64,000 nucleotides of DNA from a virus: positions 1 to 64,000 of IMG/VR virus record IMGVR_UViG_3300043788_000040; one strand, given 5' to 3'. The stretch's first letter is position 1. Every line of letters begins with the position of its first letter. Shown one piece after another: positions 53,251 to 63,394 of the stretch. The notes below the pieces were generated by a model. The model saw nothing but the letters and a program-made list of their open reading frames with translations, did not search any database and had not been told where the DNA came from. A program made the translations under genes and the position numbers.

Positions 53251-54729
53251 ATGCAGATCAAAAAATTGCTGTTCGCTGCCTTGATGCTCCTTTTCGTCGC
53301 CGGGACGGCATCCGCCCAATCCCAGCCCTCCCAGTTACCGTTCTTCTTTCCAAAGGGGTTCCACCAGACCTCTGACCCGATCCTTCAAAGGGAAGAGTAC
53401 GTCCGCTGGCTGACTAGCACGTGGAATTGCAACCAAGGCGGTAGCGGTGGCTTCAACATGACGATCCCAGGTTCGGACAGCATCCGCATCCAGACCAACA
53501 CCGTCAGCACCGACAGCGTTACCGAGAACCCAGCCAAGATGACGATGGTCTTTGACCACTACATCAAGCAGGCTGACGGGACGATTCGTTACACCGACCT
53601 GTGCCACACCGAAATCCTTACTCCCGCACAGTTCAAGGTCGTCACTGATGGCTTGCAGAAACAGGCTGTTGACGCGGCTCAGCGTGACTACGACTTCTAC
53701 GTGGTCATCTACGACAAGTCCATTGAAGCACGTGCCGCCAAGCTCGGTATCTCCAAGGCTGATTTGATCAAACAGTTGGATGAAAAGGTCCCCGGCTACA
53801 ACGTGACGTGGCGTGAAGTTCACCGCATCCCGAAGCCGATGCACCCGTCTGACTTCGTCCCCCGTGAACTCCACCTCGGGTTCAACCCTCCGCTGGGCGG
53901 AATCCTCGGCGTGACGTGGCTCAACACCGGAGTCATCTACTACAACCCGGATGCGTGGATCACCGACGCCCTGAACGGCATCCCGAAGGTCATGCAGCAC
54001 GAGGAAGTCCACGGCAACATCAACATCCAGAAGTGGCCCCTCTCGCAGGCGTTTGACGTGGAGCTTATCGCTAGCATTCCCGAGATGTTGTACCCTGAGA
54101 ACCAGACGGACTTCCCGTCACACGGCTACGCCAAAGACATCCGTGAGCTTGCGCAGATTTACTACGGCATGGACTGGGCTGAAATGCAGAGGCAGATCGT
54201 GAAGTTTGACTACGCGGGCAACACCGTGTACGACGACGCAAAGTTCGTGTACTACTACAAGCAGATTGACCAGATCAAAGCCGAGATGATGAAGTTCTTC
54301 ATGGACGTCACCATCCCCGAGTTTGAATCCGACCCAGTCTGGTGGAGTGCCGTGAACGATATACGTGGGGACAGCAACACCGTGTTCCGTGTCACGATGG
54401 CAGACCACTACCAGATTTGCTCACTCGGTGGCTGTGCCGCTTCCAGCGAATGGTTGGAGACGCACAAGGATGAAATCCTAGCAACCGCCCAACGAGCCTT
54501 TACTGCCGGAATCGGCAAGGATCGCAGCAGCGGCAACTTCAACGTGACGCCGTGGATGCTGGAACAATACAACAAGCTGTTTACTCCTGCGGAACAGGTG
54601 AACATTGAGAAGTACTTCCGCCAGCACCCGGAACAGCTTAAGAATCTGCGTACGATGACTCCCGCCGAGGCGGTGGTCTTCATGCAGCGCTTCAAAGTCA
54701 ACTCGCTTGACAAGGTGACAGCACAATGA
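53251..54729 (+). CDS. Secreted protein with HEExH zinc-peptidase-like motif
   Basis: Signal peptide ending ASA-Q; GILGVT..., MQHEEVH...E. Confidence 0.6.
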   Translation: MQIKKLLFAALMLLFVAGTASAQSQPSQLPFFFPKGFHQTSDPILQREEYVRWLTSTWNCNQGGSGGFNMTIPGSDSIRIQTNTVSTDSVTENPAKMTMVFDHYIKQADGTIRYTDLCHTEILTPAQFKVVTDGLQKQAVDAAQRDYDFYVVIYDKSIEARAAKLGISKADLIKQLDEKVPGYNVTWREVHRIPKPMHPSDFVPRELHLGFNPPLGGILGVTWLNTGVIYYNPDAWITDALNGIPKVMQHEEVHGNINIQKWPLSQAFDVELIASIPEMLYPENQTDFPSHGYAKDIRELAQIYYGMDWAEMQRQIVKFDYAGNTVYDDAKFVYYYKQIDQIKAEMMKFFMDVTIPEFESDPVWWSAVNDIRGDSNTVFRVTMADHYQICSLGGCAASSEWLETHKDEILATAQRAFTAGIGKDRSSGNFNVTPWMLEQYNKLFTPAEQVNIEKYFRQHPEQLKNLRTMTPAEAVVFMQRFKVNSLDKVTAQ

Positions 54730-56414
54730 AAATCCAAATCGTAGCCACGCTTCTGCTTTCCGCGCTGCTGGTCGGTTGCGCTCCGCCGTACCGCCAGACG
54801 TTCAACGACGAGGGCAGCCAAAAGGGCTGGACTCAGAAGCAGACCGACGCAGCCTTCGCATACGCTGACCGCATCTTCTGGTCACGTGAGACTGCCGACA
54901 ACAAGTACGTCATCGTCTACGGCAAGGTTCCCGTCTCCAAGGTGCGTGAGCAGCTTGAAGGCACCCTGAAGGATTTGGACGCTTCCCTTGACCCGAAGAA
55001 CAAGGAAATGAAGCAGTACCTTGACACGTTCAATCTGCGTGAAGACGCTAAGCACGACCAAGAGGTCGCACAAGCGATTTATGACCGTCTGCGTGCCGCT
55101 GAACTTCAAACCGCGTTCAAGCAGAAGATGGGCGACATCGCCGAGTACGGCCCGGAAGCCGAAATGGCACAGGGCTACAGCGCCCGCCGCCTCTACGTGG
55201 ACAAGCCGCTCGTTGACGCATTCCCATTCAACTCCGACGTGATTGACGCTGCGAGGAAGGCTGGTACACTCAAGCAGGTCGCCACGCTGACCATTGACCA
55301 GTCCAATCAGTACGATCACAAGGACCCGAACCCGAACAACCCGGATGAGCCGAACGATTTCATCTGGAAGGCACGTAATCAGAAGATGATCCTGACCGAG
55401 TACAAGATCATTGACATTGACAAGCCGCTAGACAACAGGGGCGACTACATTGAAGGCTACCGTGTCGTGGACAACAAGCAGGAACAGTACCCGGCTATCA
55501 GGGTGTTCTTCCCGCCGTCCGGCAGCATGGCTCTTATGCTGATTGACGCTGATGAGAACGGCATGCCAGGATTCGGTGTGCCCGACATCATTCAGGAAAT
55601 TTCTTCGCAGACCAACCTGACCGATTTGATGCAGAACTCCAGCTTGATCAACAGCCTCTTTGACAAGAAGGAAGCTAAGAAAGATCAGACGACTGGACCC
55701 GCACAGCTATTCAAGATTGAAATCGCTCCTCTCGGGGCGAAGGTGGACGAATGGACGAAGTCCGGGGACTCTACCGGATGGATCGTGCCGTTCAAGTACA
55801 CGAACCTCACGGGCGATAACTACAACATCCGTATCAAGTACAAGCCCATCGCGCCAGTTGACATCGCCGCAGGCGAGAACGCTGGTCACAGCCACAGTGA
55901 GTACTTGCAGCTTGAGTACATTGAAAAGGAATACACCAAGACCGGGGACAAGTACACGCCGTCCGCTGGCAGGGTGATTGAGTACTACCGCCCGAAGGGG
56001 GACTTTGCCGGGAAGGTGAAGGCTCAAGTGCTGTACAACGAAGACACCAAGAAACTTCAGTTCCAGTTTGAAGACGGCTCCGTCGTTGAGGGGTTTGTCA
56101 CACCGGGCAAGAACAAGTTCATTGAAGATGCCCCGTATGCCAAGTCCTACAACGAAGGGCAGAAGCGTTACTGGATTGAGTCTTCTAACAACGACGGCAA
56201 GTACGACAAGCGCAAGATCGTCGGGCAGCCCATGCAACAGACGGGACAGTACACCGACAACGAAGCGCAAGCAGCGCAGCCGAATCAGGCAAGCGCCAAC
56301 CCAGACATGGACGAGAACCGCAAGCCGCAAATCAACCTCGGCTGCACGAACCACTTTGACATCTTGAACTCACAGTGGGCTTGCGTGCCGAACTCGGCCC
56401 TACCGAAGCAATAA
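54726..56414 (+). CDS. Lipoprotein of unknown function
   Basis: Lipobox LVG-C after a hydrophobic leader; ATGA-coupled to the secreted protein. Confidence 0.7.
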   Translation: MKIQIVATLLLSALLVGCAPPYRQTFNDEGSQKGWTQKQTDAAFAYADRIFWSRETADNKYVIVYGKVPVSKVREQLEGTLKDLDASLDPKNKEMKQYLDTFNLREDAKHDQEVAQAIYDRLRAAELQTAFKQKMGDIAEYGPEAEMAQGYSARRLYVDKPLVDAFPFNSDVIDAARKAGTLKQVATLTIDQSNQYDHKDPNPNNPDEPNDFIWKARNQKMILTEYKIIDIDKPLDNRGDYIEGYRVVDNKQEQYPAIRVFFPPSGSMALMLIDADENGMPGFGVPDIIQEISSQTNLTDLMQNSSLINSLFDKKEAKKDQTTGPAQLFKIEIAPLGAKVDEWTKSGDSTGWIVPFKYTNLTGDNYNIRIKYKPIAPVDIAAGENAGHSHSEYLQLEYIEKEYTKTGDKYTPSAGRVIEYYRPKGDFAGKVKAQVLYNEDTKKLQFQFEDGSVVEGFVTPGKNKFIEDAPYAKSYNEGQKRYWIESSNNDGKYDKRKIVGQPMQQTGQYTDNEAQAAQPNQASANPDMDENRKPQINLGCTNHFDILNSQWACVPNSALPKQ

Positions 56415-56445
56415 TACTTTCCGCCCTATGGCATAGGAGCGGAAC

Positions 56446-56610
56446 ATGACACCACTGCTTATGTATGCCGCCTTCGCTGGCGGAATGGGTTGGGGAATTA
56501 GTAAGAAAAGGTGGGGCGTGGCTGCATTTTTCGGGGCTATGCTTGTCTGGATGATTGTCGTTCAGCTTGCCGTCGCTCTCATGTCAAGTCACGCGGGCGT
56601 CTCGCTCTAA
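56446..56610 (+). CDS. Small membrane protein (54 aa)
   Basis: AGGAG RBS; two hydrophobic segments. Confidence 0.5.
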   Translation: MTPLLMYAAFAGGMGWGISKKRWGVAAFFGAMLVWMIVVQLAVALMSSHAGVSL

Positions 56611-56648
56611 ACCCGTATTGAAAACCCTAAACTGGCGTATTAAGAGGC

Positions 56649-57554
56649 ATGCCTCGCGCCGTCAAAGTCAAAGAGCCTATCCCTCTTTTGTTTCCTGACC
56701 CGAACCCACGCATCAAGCGCTGGATGATTCTCGGTCTTGACCCGTCCGTATCCCGAACTGGATTCGCATTGCTTGATGTTCGCCCCGCACTCGCACACAC
56801 TCCTGAAGAAGGTCCATACACCGACGCGAGATGGCTTGCTGCTGGCTCCGCCAAACCTGACAAGATTGATGACGACCTGCTTGACGCACGCACGACGGTG
56901 TGGATTCGTGCTAAGGCAGTCGCTCTGTATCTTCGGGAAGTCATCAAGTCCGTTGCACCACCAAAGAAAGAGGCGGACAACCCTTATGGCGATTTTGAAC
57001 CGGGACACCCAAAATCCGATGTGGGTCTCATCGTCTCCATGGAATACCCAACACCCAACAACGACTACCTTTGGTCAATGAACAGAATCATCAACCTTGT
57101 CCTGTTTGACGACAGCGAGGTCGCCGAGTCATTCGGTGAAGTCAGGATTATGCTGACCAATGCGAGCACGCTCCGTTCACTGATGGGGTTGACCCAGCGG
57201 GGCAACCAGAACAAGGGCGAGAACATCCTGAAGGCGTACGAGTTCATTGACAGGAAGCGGTTCCCACAGCTTGACTCTGACGCTTGCGACGCGATCCTGC
57301 TGTGCATGATGGGGCGGCATGCGGCCTCCATCACGCTGGGCACCAAAGAAGAAGTACCGGAACGCTTCCTGACCAGCATGTGCAACGCCACGCAGGAGAA
57401 CAAGGGCAAGGGGCGCAACGCCTATGTCCGCACGAAGGGGCAGCTTCACAGGACGGAGTACTGGTACAAGTACGAACGCCGCAGCTATGCGGTCGCCGTC
57501 AAGGATGCTTCTAATCCGAAAAAGAACCTGAGTCGGGTCAATTTCAGTATCTAG
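56649..57554 (+). CDS. RuvC-like Holliday junction resolvase
   Basis: ILGLDPSVSRTGFA, SME, K..I, DACDA. Confidence 0.8.
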   Translation: MPRAVKVKEPIPLLFPDPNPRIKRWMILGLDPSVSRTGFALLDVRPALAHTPEEGPYTDARWLAAGSAKPDKIDDDLLDARTTVWIRAKAVALYLREVIKSVAPPKKEADNPYGDFEPGHPKSDVGLIVSMEYPTPNNDYLWSMNRIINLVLFDDSEVAESFGEVRIMLTNASTLRSLMGLTQRGNQNKGENILKAYEFIDRKRFPQLDSDACDAILLCMMGRHAASITLGTKEEVPERFLTSMCNATQENKGKGRNAYVRTKGQLHRTEYWYKYERRSYAVAVKDASNPKKNLSRVNFSI

Positions 57555-57610
57555 GTAGAGAGTCGCAAGCCCCGACCTGAGGGTCATACGGCACTGACTC
57601 TGGAGAGCAA

Positions 57611-58891
57611 ATGGCAAAACCAACGAAGCCTACCCCGAAGTCTGCGGATACTCGCAATCTATCAGTTGCAAAGCGCCGCGAAATGTTCCTTGCAGCCCGC
57701 AAGGGAGAAAAACCAGATTATCAAGTCCTCACAGCGGATTTCGTGGACGACCTCGTTCCCTACGATCTGATCACGTTTGACAGCGTGCTCGGACTGGGCG
57801 GCGTCAAGCGCCACGGTTTCGTGTCTCAGGTACACGGCGACGAAGGTGTCGGCAAGTCCACGCTGACGTATCAGATCGCTGCGAACTATCAGAAGCGCAC
57901 GGGCGAGCCGCTGGGCGTGTTTGACTTTGAAGGCACGGGCACACCCGCCTACTTGGAAAAGATCGGCTGCGATATGGAGATGGTACAGTTCATCCAGCCG
58001 GACTGCATGGAAGACGCAGTGAACGACACGCTTGAGTTGATTGACCAAGGCTGCCGCTTCTTCATCTACGACTCAATTCCGTGGATCAACATGCTGGTAG
58101 ACCGCAAGGACATCAAGAGCGGCAAGGCTTTCCGTGCCAGCTACGGTAAGCACGCACAGACCATGGACAAGTTCTTCAAGACTCTACACCCTTACGTCAA
58201 GCGAGCCGACGGCCACATGATGATGGTCAACCAGACCCGCTCCCGCATTGACAACAGCCGTGAAGCGGAATACGCCAACGATTACAGCTACACCAACAAG
58301 ACCTACCAACTTCCTGGCGGACGCATCTGCCGCTTCACTCCGTCCACGATGATTGAGATGCGCATGGTCAAGGCAGTCACGCCATACGACGGTCGTGATG
58401 GGCAGGGGCCAGACAAAGATGCTTGGATCGTTGACCCGGAGACCGAGGCAAATGCCGGGAACCCGTGCGTCAACCGTGTGCGTGTTCGTTCGCTCAAGAA
58501 CAAGGTCACTGGCGCAGGCTTCCGTGAAGGTCACATCTGGGTTCGCCCAGCCACGCACGTCATGCCGGGCATTGACAATCTGATGAGCATTCGGGAACTT
58601 GCCCGTGAGTATGGCTTCATCTTCAACAAGGGCGCAAAGTGGATCGTCGGCGACCCGGACACGGACAACGTCATCACGACGTACCCGAACAAGGACGCTG
58701 GCATCACGGATTTGGTCGTGAACCGCAACCCCGAAGTCCACGCCAAACTGAATGATCTGCTCTCGGCGAAGATCAAGTCAGATACCACGGGACGTCACAG
58801 CACGGTTGTCACCAAGGAAGAAATTGACATGATTGAGGGTGACGACACGGCCGTGGTAGGGAAGGGTTTTGATGTCGAAGAAGCCGAGTAA
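57611..58891 (+). CDS. recA: RecA/UvsX recombinase
   Basis: GDEGVGKSTL, FDFE, YDS, NQTR, PGG, KNKV. Confidence 0.88.
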   Translation: MAKPTKPTPKSADTRNLSVAKRREMFLAARKGEKPDYQVLTADFVDDLVPYDLITFDSVLGLGGVKRHGFVSQVHGDEGVGKSTLTYQIAANYQKRTGEPLGVFDFEGTGTPAYLEKIGCDMEMVQFIQPDCMEDAVNDTLELIDQGCRFFIYDSIPWINMLVDRKDIKSGKAFRASYGKHAQTMDKFFKTLHPYVKRADGHMMMVNQTRSRIDNSREAEYANDYSYTNKTYQLPGGRICRFTPSTMIEMRMVKAVTPYDGRDGQGPDKDAWIVDPETEANAGNPCVNRVRVRSLKNKVTGAGFREGHIWVRPATHVMPGIDNLMSIRELAREYGFIFNKGAKWIVGDPDTDNVITTYPNKDAGITDLVVNRNPEVHAKLNDLLSAKIKSDTTGRHSTVVTKEEIDMIEGDDTAVVGKGFDVEEAE

Positions 58892-59129
58892 ACCCGAAGG
58901 GGCTGCGGCTCCGAAGAAACGTAAGAAGAAGGAGTCCGTCCAATTCGCGGGGCGCAGGGACGGCGTCATGAAGCTCTTCAAGACCGAGAATGAAGCCTTC
59001 GAGTACGCCGAGCCGAACTCAACCATCGCGTCGTACAAGACGACCAACGGAACCGACTTTGACTTCGTAGCTGTTGTGGGCATCAAAACGAGCGCGGATC
59101 GGATCGGGAGAATCCTGCAACATGGGTGA
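58872..59129 (+). CDS. Hypothetical protein
   Basis: Packed in operon. Confidence 0.5.
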   Translation: MSKKPSKPEGAAAPKKRKKKESVQFAGRRDGVMKLFKTENEAFEYAEPNSTIASYKTTNGTDFDFVAVVGIKTSADRIGRILQHG

Positions 59130-59379
59130 TGAAAAATATCGTCTTACCGAAGAAGGCGCTCAAGAAGCGGTCACGATCTTGGAGCGCACCGGATTCCTAC
59201 CGGAAGCCACGGAGGATGAAGACATCAACACCCTACAACTCATGGCTGCTTGTACAAAGTACATTGACGCGTCCCGTGCCAAGGGAGACAAGCGGACAGA
59301 GTTAGAATGTCAGGACGCTCTGATCGTAGCTTATTTTGAGGCGTTCCTCAAAGCCCTCGTGCGTCGGATCGTGAATTGA
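59122..59379 (+). CDS. Hypothetical protein
   Basis: GGAG RBS. Confidence 0.55.
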   Translation: MGDEKYRLTEEGAQEAVTILERTGFLPEATEDEDINTLQLMAACTKYIDASRAKGDKRTELECQDALIVAYFEAFLKALVRRIVN

Positions 59380-59392
59380 GTATTAGTCCCCT

Positions 59393-60667
59393 GTGAGACT
59401 TTCAGGCAAAAATCTGCAAAGCTGGGCTGCGTTTGACGTGGAGATCAACGGGCTGACCGTGGTCACTGGCCCGTCGGATGTCGGCAAGAGCGCCTTGTTT
59501 CGTGCTCTGAAGGGCGTGCTCCGCAACGAGCTTCCCGCAGAGTGGGTGCGTGACGGTCAAGACGAACCGATGGAAGTGACTGTAGAGGTTGACGGACACA
59601 AGATTTCCGCCAGGCGCAAACGCAAGGGGTCAACCACATACGTCATTGACGGCAAGGACTTCGCCAAGCTCGCTGGGGGAATGCCCGAAGACCTTGCTAA
59701 GATGAAGTTCAGTGAAGTCGTCATCGGCGACTTCGACTTCGATCCAATCTTTGGCAGGCAGAACAGCGCACAGTTTCTTATTGATCCACTGACTTACAAA
59801 CCCACAGAGGTCAACGCGATCCTCGGAGCATTCGGCGGGACGGAGAAACTAGAACATGGAAAGAAGGAAGCCAATCTTCGCAAGACGCAGAAGGACGCGG
59901 AAGCCCGCACTATTGCCACGCAAATCAGAGACTCCGAAGAACGTCGAGCCAAGCTCACCGACATGCAGCTTATCGGTGACCAAACCGCCAGCATCCTGAT
60001 AGACCTTGAGAGGGATGTCCGGGGGCTGGAATCCGAGGCTCACTGGTTAGCGGAGACCGCCCGGTATCGTCAGGAAATCGTCAGGTATCGTCAGATTTTG
60101 GACGCTTTCGTCCTGCCCGACATAGCGGGGCTGGAACTGGAATACCGCCTAGCTCACTTCGCGGAGCAGGCTGCGGAGTCTAACGCCTTCGCCAGATGGC
60201 TATCCAAGCCCATTGCGACCCTTTCCAGCGCATCCGCCTTCTGGGATGACGTCAGACGCCTGCAAGGCGAGATCGTGGCTCTGGAGACCGCCCAGAAGAC
60301 CAGGCGGCAGGCGGAGTGGCTTTCGGGCACGGCTGCATCACTTGAGGTCGGCACCGGGTGGGCAGACGCCCGCCGCCTCTGGAACGAGATCGTCGCCTTG
60401 GAAAACACCGCGGCGGCAGGCAGGCATATCGTATCCACGGACAAGCTCAAGTCCTCCCTGTCCGGGGTTGACACGACCTTTAACGAGGCAGTCCTGCTTT
60501 GGAACAGTATTAAGCGTCTAGAAGCTCTCAGTGCGTTGCTGGGGGAACTAAAGGTTTCGGTTGAGAGACTCGCCGGGGTTGAAGCGGAACTCTCAGCAGC
60601 GCAAGCTGAGCTTCAGAAGGGGTTATGTCCTAAGTGCGGAAAGCCTTTGGGACACCAGTGCGCATGA
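59393..60667 (+). CDS. SbcC/Rad50-like ATPase, N-terminal half ending at the zinc hook
   Basis: NLQS, GPSDVGKSALFRAL, Q-loop, coiled coil, terminal CPKCG. Confidence 0.8.
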   Translation: MRLSGKNLQSWAAFDVEINGLTVVTGPSDVGKSALFRALKGVLRNELPAEWVRDGQDEPMEVTVEVDGHKISARRKRKGSTTYVIDGKDFAKLAGGMPEDLAKMKFSEVVIGDFDFDPIFGRQNSAQFLIDPLTYKPTEVNAILGAFGGTEKLEHGKKEANLRKTQKDAEARTIATQIRDSEERRAKLTDMQLIGDQTASILIDLERDVRGLESEAHWLAETARYRQEIVRYRQILDAFVLPDIAGLELEYRLAHFAEQAAESNAFARWLSKPIATLSSASAFWDDVRRLQGEIVALETAQKTRRQAEWLSGTAASLEVGTGWADARRLWNEIVALENTAAAGRHIVSTDKLKSSLSGVDTTFNEAVLLWNSIKRLEALSALLGELKVSVERLAGVEAELSAAQAELQKGLCPKCGKPLGHQCA

Positions 60668-60963
60668 GCGAAGTCACACAAGAAACACTGAAAGAAATCC
60701 AAGCCCGAGTCAAGAAGCTTCAGGGCACCCGCGACGAGATTATCGGGACCTTCAAGGTTCAGGAATCCAAAAGGGACGAGGCTTATGCTAAACTGAGAGA
60801 GTTGGGGATTGAGACCCCGGAGAAGATGTCCTCCAAAGAACTCCAAGCCCTAGCCGATCAGAAGCGGGGAGAACTTTCGGAAAAGATCGCTGCCCTGCTT
60901 GAGCAGCTTGCGCAGGGCGAGAAACTGATTGAACAATACAGAGAGTTACAACAGGAGAATTAA
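60664..60963 (+). CDS. Short coiled-coil protein
   Basis: ATGA-coupled to the SbcC half; heptad pattern. Confidence 0.65.
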   Translation: MSEVTQETLKEIQARVKKLQGTRDEIIGTFKVQESKRDEAYAKLRELGIETPEKMSSKELQALADQKRGELSEKIAALLEQLAQGEKLIEQYRELQQEN

Positions 60964-60964
60964 C

Positions 60965-61534
60965 ATGGCAACAGTTCCAATGTCTCACCCAGCCACAGCG
61001 CAGAAGAACTCTGACGGCACGTGGTCTGTCCGTATCCAGCACACCATTGAAGGCTCCATCACCACGGTGGAATTCACGAACACGCTCTTCGCCGAGGTTC
61101 TGGCGAAAGCCTATGCTGACGTGCTGAACGGCAAGGCTGCCGTTGAAGCCAAGCTCGGGCAGATCGCTACCGATCTCGGTCCGGCTGTGACCGATGTCAA
61201 GGCGGACGTGAAGCAGATCATCGCCGACGCCCAAGCCGAGGCACAGAAGCTCATCACTGCGGCAAAGACCGAAGCCGGGAAGATCAAGGCTGACGCCACC
61301 ACGCTCGTGCAGTCCGCCGAGGCAGAAGCCGTGACGCTGAAGGAAGAAGCTGGAAAGGCTTTGACCGCTGCGAAGACCGAAGCCGAGAAGCTCCTGACCG
61401 AAGCCCGCACCGAGGCCTCCAAGATTCTCCATATCGCAGCCTCAAAGGTTGAACCGACCCCGGCTGCTCCGGTAACTCCCGCAACTCCCGTCGCGACCGA
61501 GGCCCCAAAGCCCCCGGTTGTTGAGGAAGAATAA
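60965..61534 (+). CDS. Ala-rich 11-residue-repeat coiled-coil protein
   Basis: A(K/Q/R)xEAxK(L/I)xx repeats; AGGAG RBS. Confidence 0.7.
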   Translation: MATVPMSHPATAQKNSDGTWSVRIQHTIEGSITTVEFTNTLFAEVLAKAYADVLNGKAAVEAKLGQIATDLGPAVTDVKADVKQIIADAQAEAQKLITAAKTEAGKIKADATTLVQSAEAEAVTLKEEAGKALTAAKTEAEKLLTEARTEASKILHIAASKVEPTPAAPVTPATPVATEAPKPPVVEEE

Positions 61535-61568
61535 CCAGTTTTCTTGAGAAATTCCCGTATTGTAGTGC

Positions 61569-61964
61569 ATGAGCCACTACGGGCGACTTGTGTATTTTGC
61601 AAGCCCACTGACACATCCCGATGCCGCAGTCAGGCTGGAACGGTCAGTGGCGGTCGCACGTGCCTGCGGTTGGTTCATGAACAACAAGCGTGAGATATTC
61701 TTTTTCTCTCCCATAACCCACGCCCACACCATAGCCATGGAGTGCTCACTTCCGTACGAGTGGCAGTTCTGGGCCGAAATTGATGAGTGCATGCTTTCAA
61801 GGTGTGAGGAGATTTGGGTGCTCTGCATCCCCGGATTTAAGAAGTCCACTGGCGTGAACGCGGAGCGGAAGATTGCTGAGCGTCTCGGTTTGCCATGCAG
61901 GTTCGTGATCCCACAGCCGGACGGTTCTTACGTCGTCTCGGATACGGAGCCGGAAGATGTGTGA
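61569..61964 (+). CDS. DUF1937-family (NDT-fold) protein
   Basis: YFASP.THPD, FSPITHAH, W...D..ML.RC, STGV.AE. Confidence 0.75.
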   Translation: MSHYGRLVYFASPLTHPDAAVRLERSVAVARACGWFMNNKREIFFFSPITHAHTIAMECSLPYEWQFWAEIDECMLSRCEEIWVLCIPGFKKSTGVNAERKIAERLGLPCRFVIPQPDGSYVVSDTEPEDV

Positions 61965-62256
61965 AGAGTGCCCAGTTTGCAGCGCCCAGATGAAGGAGCA
62001 CATTGACACCATTGATTGGGGTGGCCCGATCTGTGAGCATGTGGCGACGTGTCCCAACGGGTGCTACTCCTATGAGTATCTCTATGGCTACACCAGCGTC
62101 CATGTGGCTGACTCGCAATTCGGCTGGGGTTATAGCGACGACAGACAAGTAGTGAAAGCACAGACCGACGCCATAGATGTCGCAATTGAGGCGGTACGTC
62201 TCGCCCGTGGAATCCCAAGTGAAGATAAAACTGGACGACCCCAAGAATCGCGTTAA
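61957..62256 (+). CDS. Small Zn-ribbon protein
   Basis: CPVC...CPNGC. Confidence 0.5.
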   Translation: MCEECPVCSAQMKEHIDTIDWGGPICEHVATCPNGCYSYEYLYGYTSVHVADSQFGWGYSDDRQVVKAQTDAIDVAIEAVRLARGIPSEDKTGRPQESR

Positions 62257-63226
62257 CCTCGTTTGGACGACGGACTGGCACTTCAGCGATGTCCCGCCCG
62301 GACGCCGTAGGGACGACTATCGTCTTGCCCTGCTTGACAAGCTCGCTTTCGTGCGTGACCTCACGGAAAAACTTCATGGTGCGGCGCTCTGCGGTGGCGA
62401 CGTGTTCCACATCAAGAAGCCCAACCACAACGGTAATAGCTTCCGCCTCATCATTGAACTTATCGGCGCTCTTCGGCGCTTCCCGCACGAACGGGTGTTC
62501 GGCAGCGTCGGCAACCACGACATCTCGTACGACCGCATGGATTCCCTACCTCGTCAACCGCTAGGATTGCTGATGGAGGTGGGCGCGTACCACAACCTGA
62601 ACCGAGAACCTGTTTTCTTCACCAACCGAGATGAGACCGTCAAGGTTTCGGTAGAGACCTTCCCCTACGCCGAGGGTGTGGAGACCATCCAGAACATCAT
62701 GAACGTCGGCCCGAGGCAGCCCGGCGTGACCTACAGGATCGGCATCGTCCACGCCTACGGGCACCCCGGCGACGCGGCGGACATGTTCGGAACACGCACG
62801 ATAGGGTACAATGAGCTTGAGGGCAGCGATTTTGACATCCTGCTCTGGGGACATGACCATTCTCGCCACGGGGTTGACGAGGTAGGCAAGACGACGCACA
62901 TCAACCTTGGCAGCATGGCACGGGCGGCGTTCACCTATGACGAGCTTGACCGCCCAGTCGTAGCGGCGATCTTGTCCTTTCAGCCGGACGGGACTTTTCA
63001 GTACGGCGAGAAGCCGATCCCGGTCAAGCCGATTGAGCAGGTCTTCGCATCGGCGGACAAGGGCGTGGAGATGGTTGCCAAGTCCGAGGAGATCAGCAAC
63101 TTCTTCGCGGAGATGGACGAGGCTGTTTCGGGGATAGAAGTTAACGATCCCCGTGCCGTCATCCACGAGCTATGTGGCGACGACGCTAAACTTGAGAGCC
63201 TAGTTTTGGAGGTTTGTGATCTGTGA
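62207..63226 (+). CDS. SbcD/Mre11-like nuclease
   Basis: TDWH, GGDVFH, GNHD, GHDH, NLGS; start uncertain (62177-62219). Confidence 0.85.
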   Translation: MESQVKIKLDDPKNRVNLVWTTDWHFSDVPPGRRRDDYRLALLDKLAFVRDLTEKLHGAALCGGDVFHIKKPNHNGNSFRLIIELIGALRRFPHERVFGSVGNHDISYDRMDSLPRQPLGLLMEVGAYHNLNREPVFFTNRDETVKVSVETFPYAEGVETIQNIMNVGPRQPGVTYRIGIVHAYGHPGDAADMFGTRTIGYNELEGSDFDILLWGHDHSRHGVDEVGKTTHINLGSMARAAFTYDELDRPVVAAILSFQPDGTFQYGEKPIPVKPIEQVFASADKGVEMVAKSEEISNFFAEMDEAVSGIEVNDPRAVIHELCGDDAKLESLVLEVCDL

Positions 63227-63394
63227 GTGTGGCGTATGTATGCAAGGAGTGCGGCGAGTGGATGCGCCTTTGGTGCCATTGCTGCGGCCTGTGCCTCCAC
63301 GAGCCGGAGGGTCCGCAATGCTGCAAATGCACGGTGCTGGTCGGCGGCCCTAGTGTTGTGGAGCCGCTTTGGAAGTGGCTGAAGGGGTTGTTCA

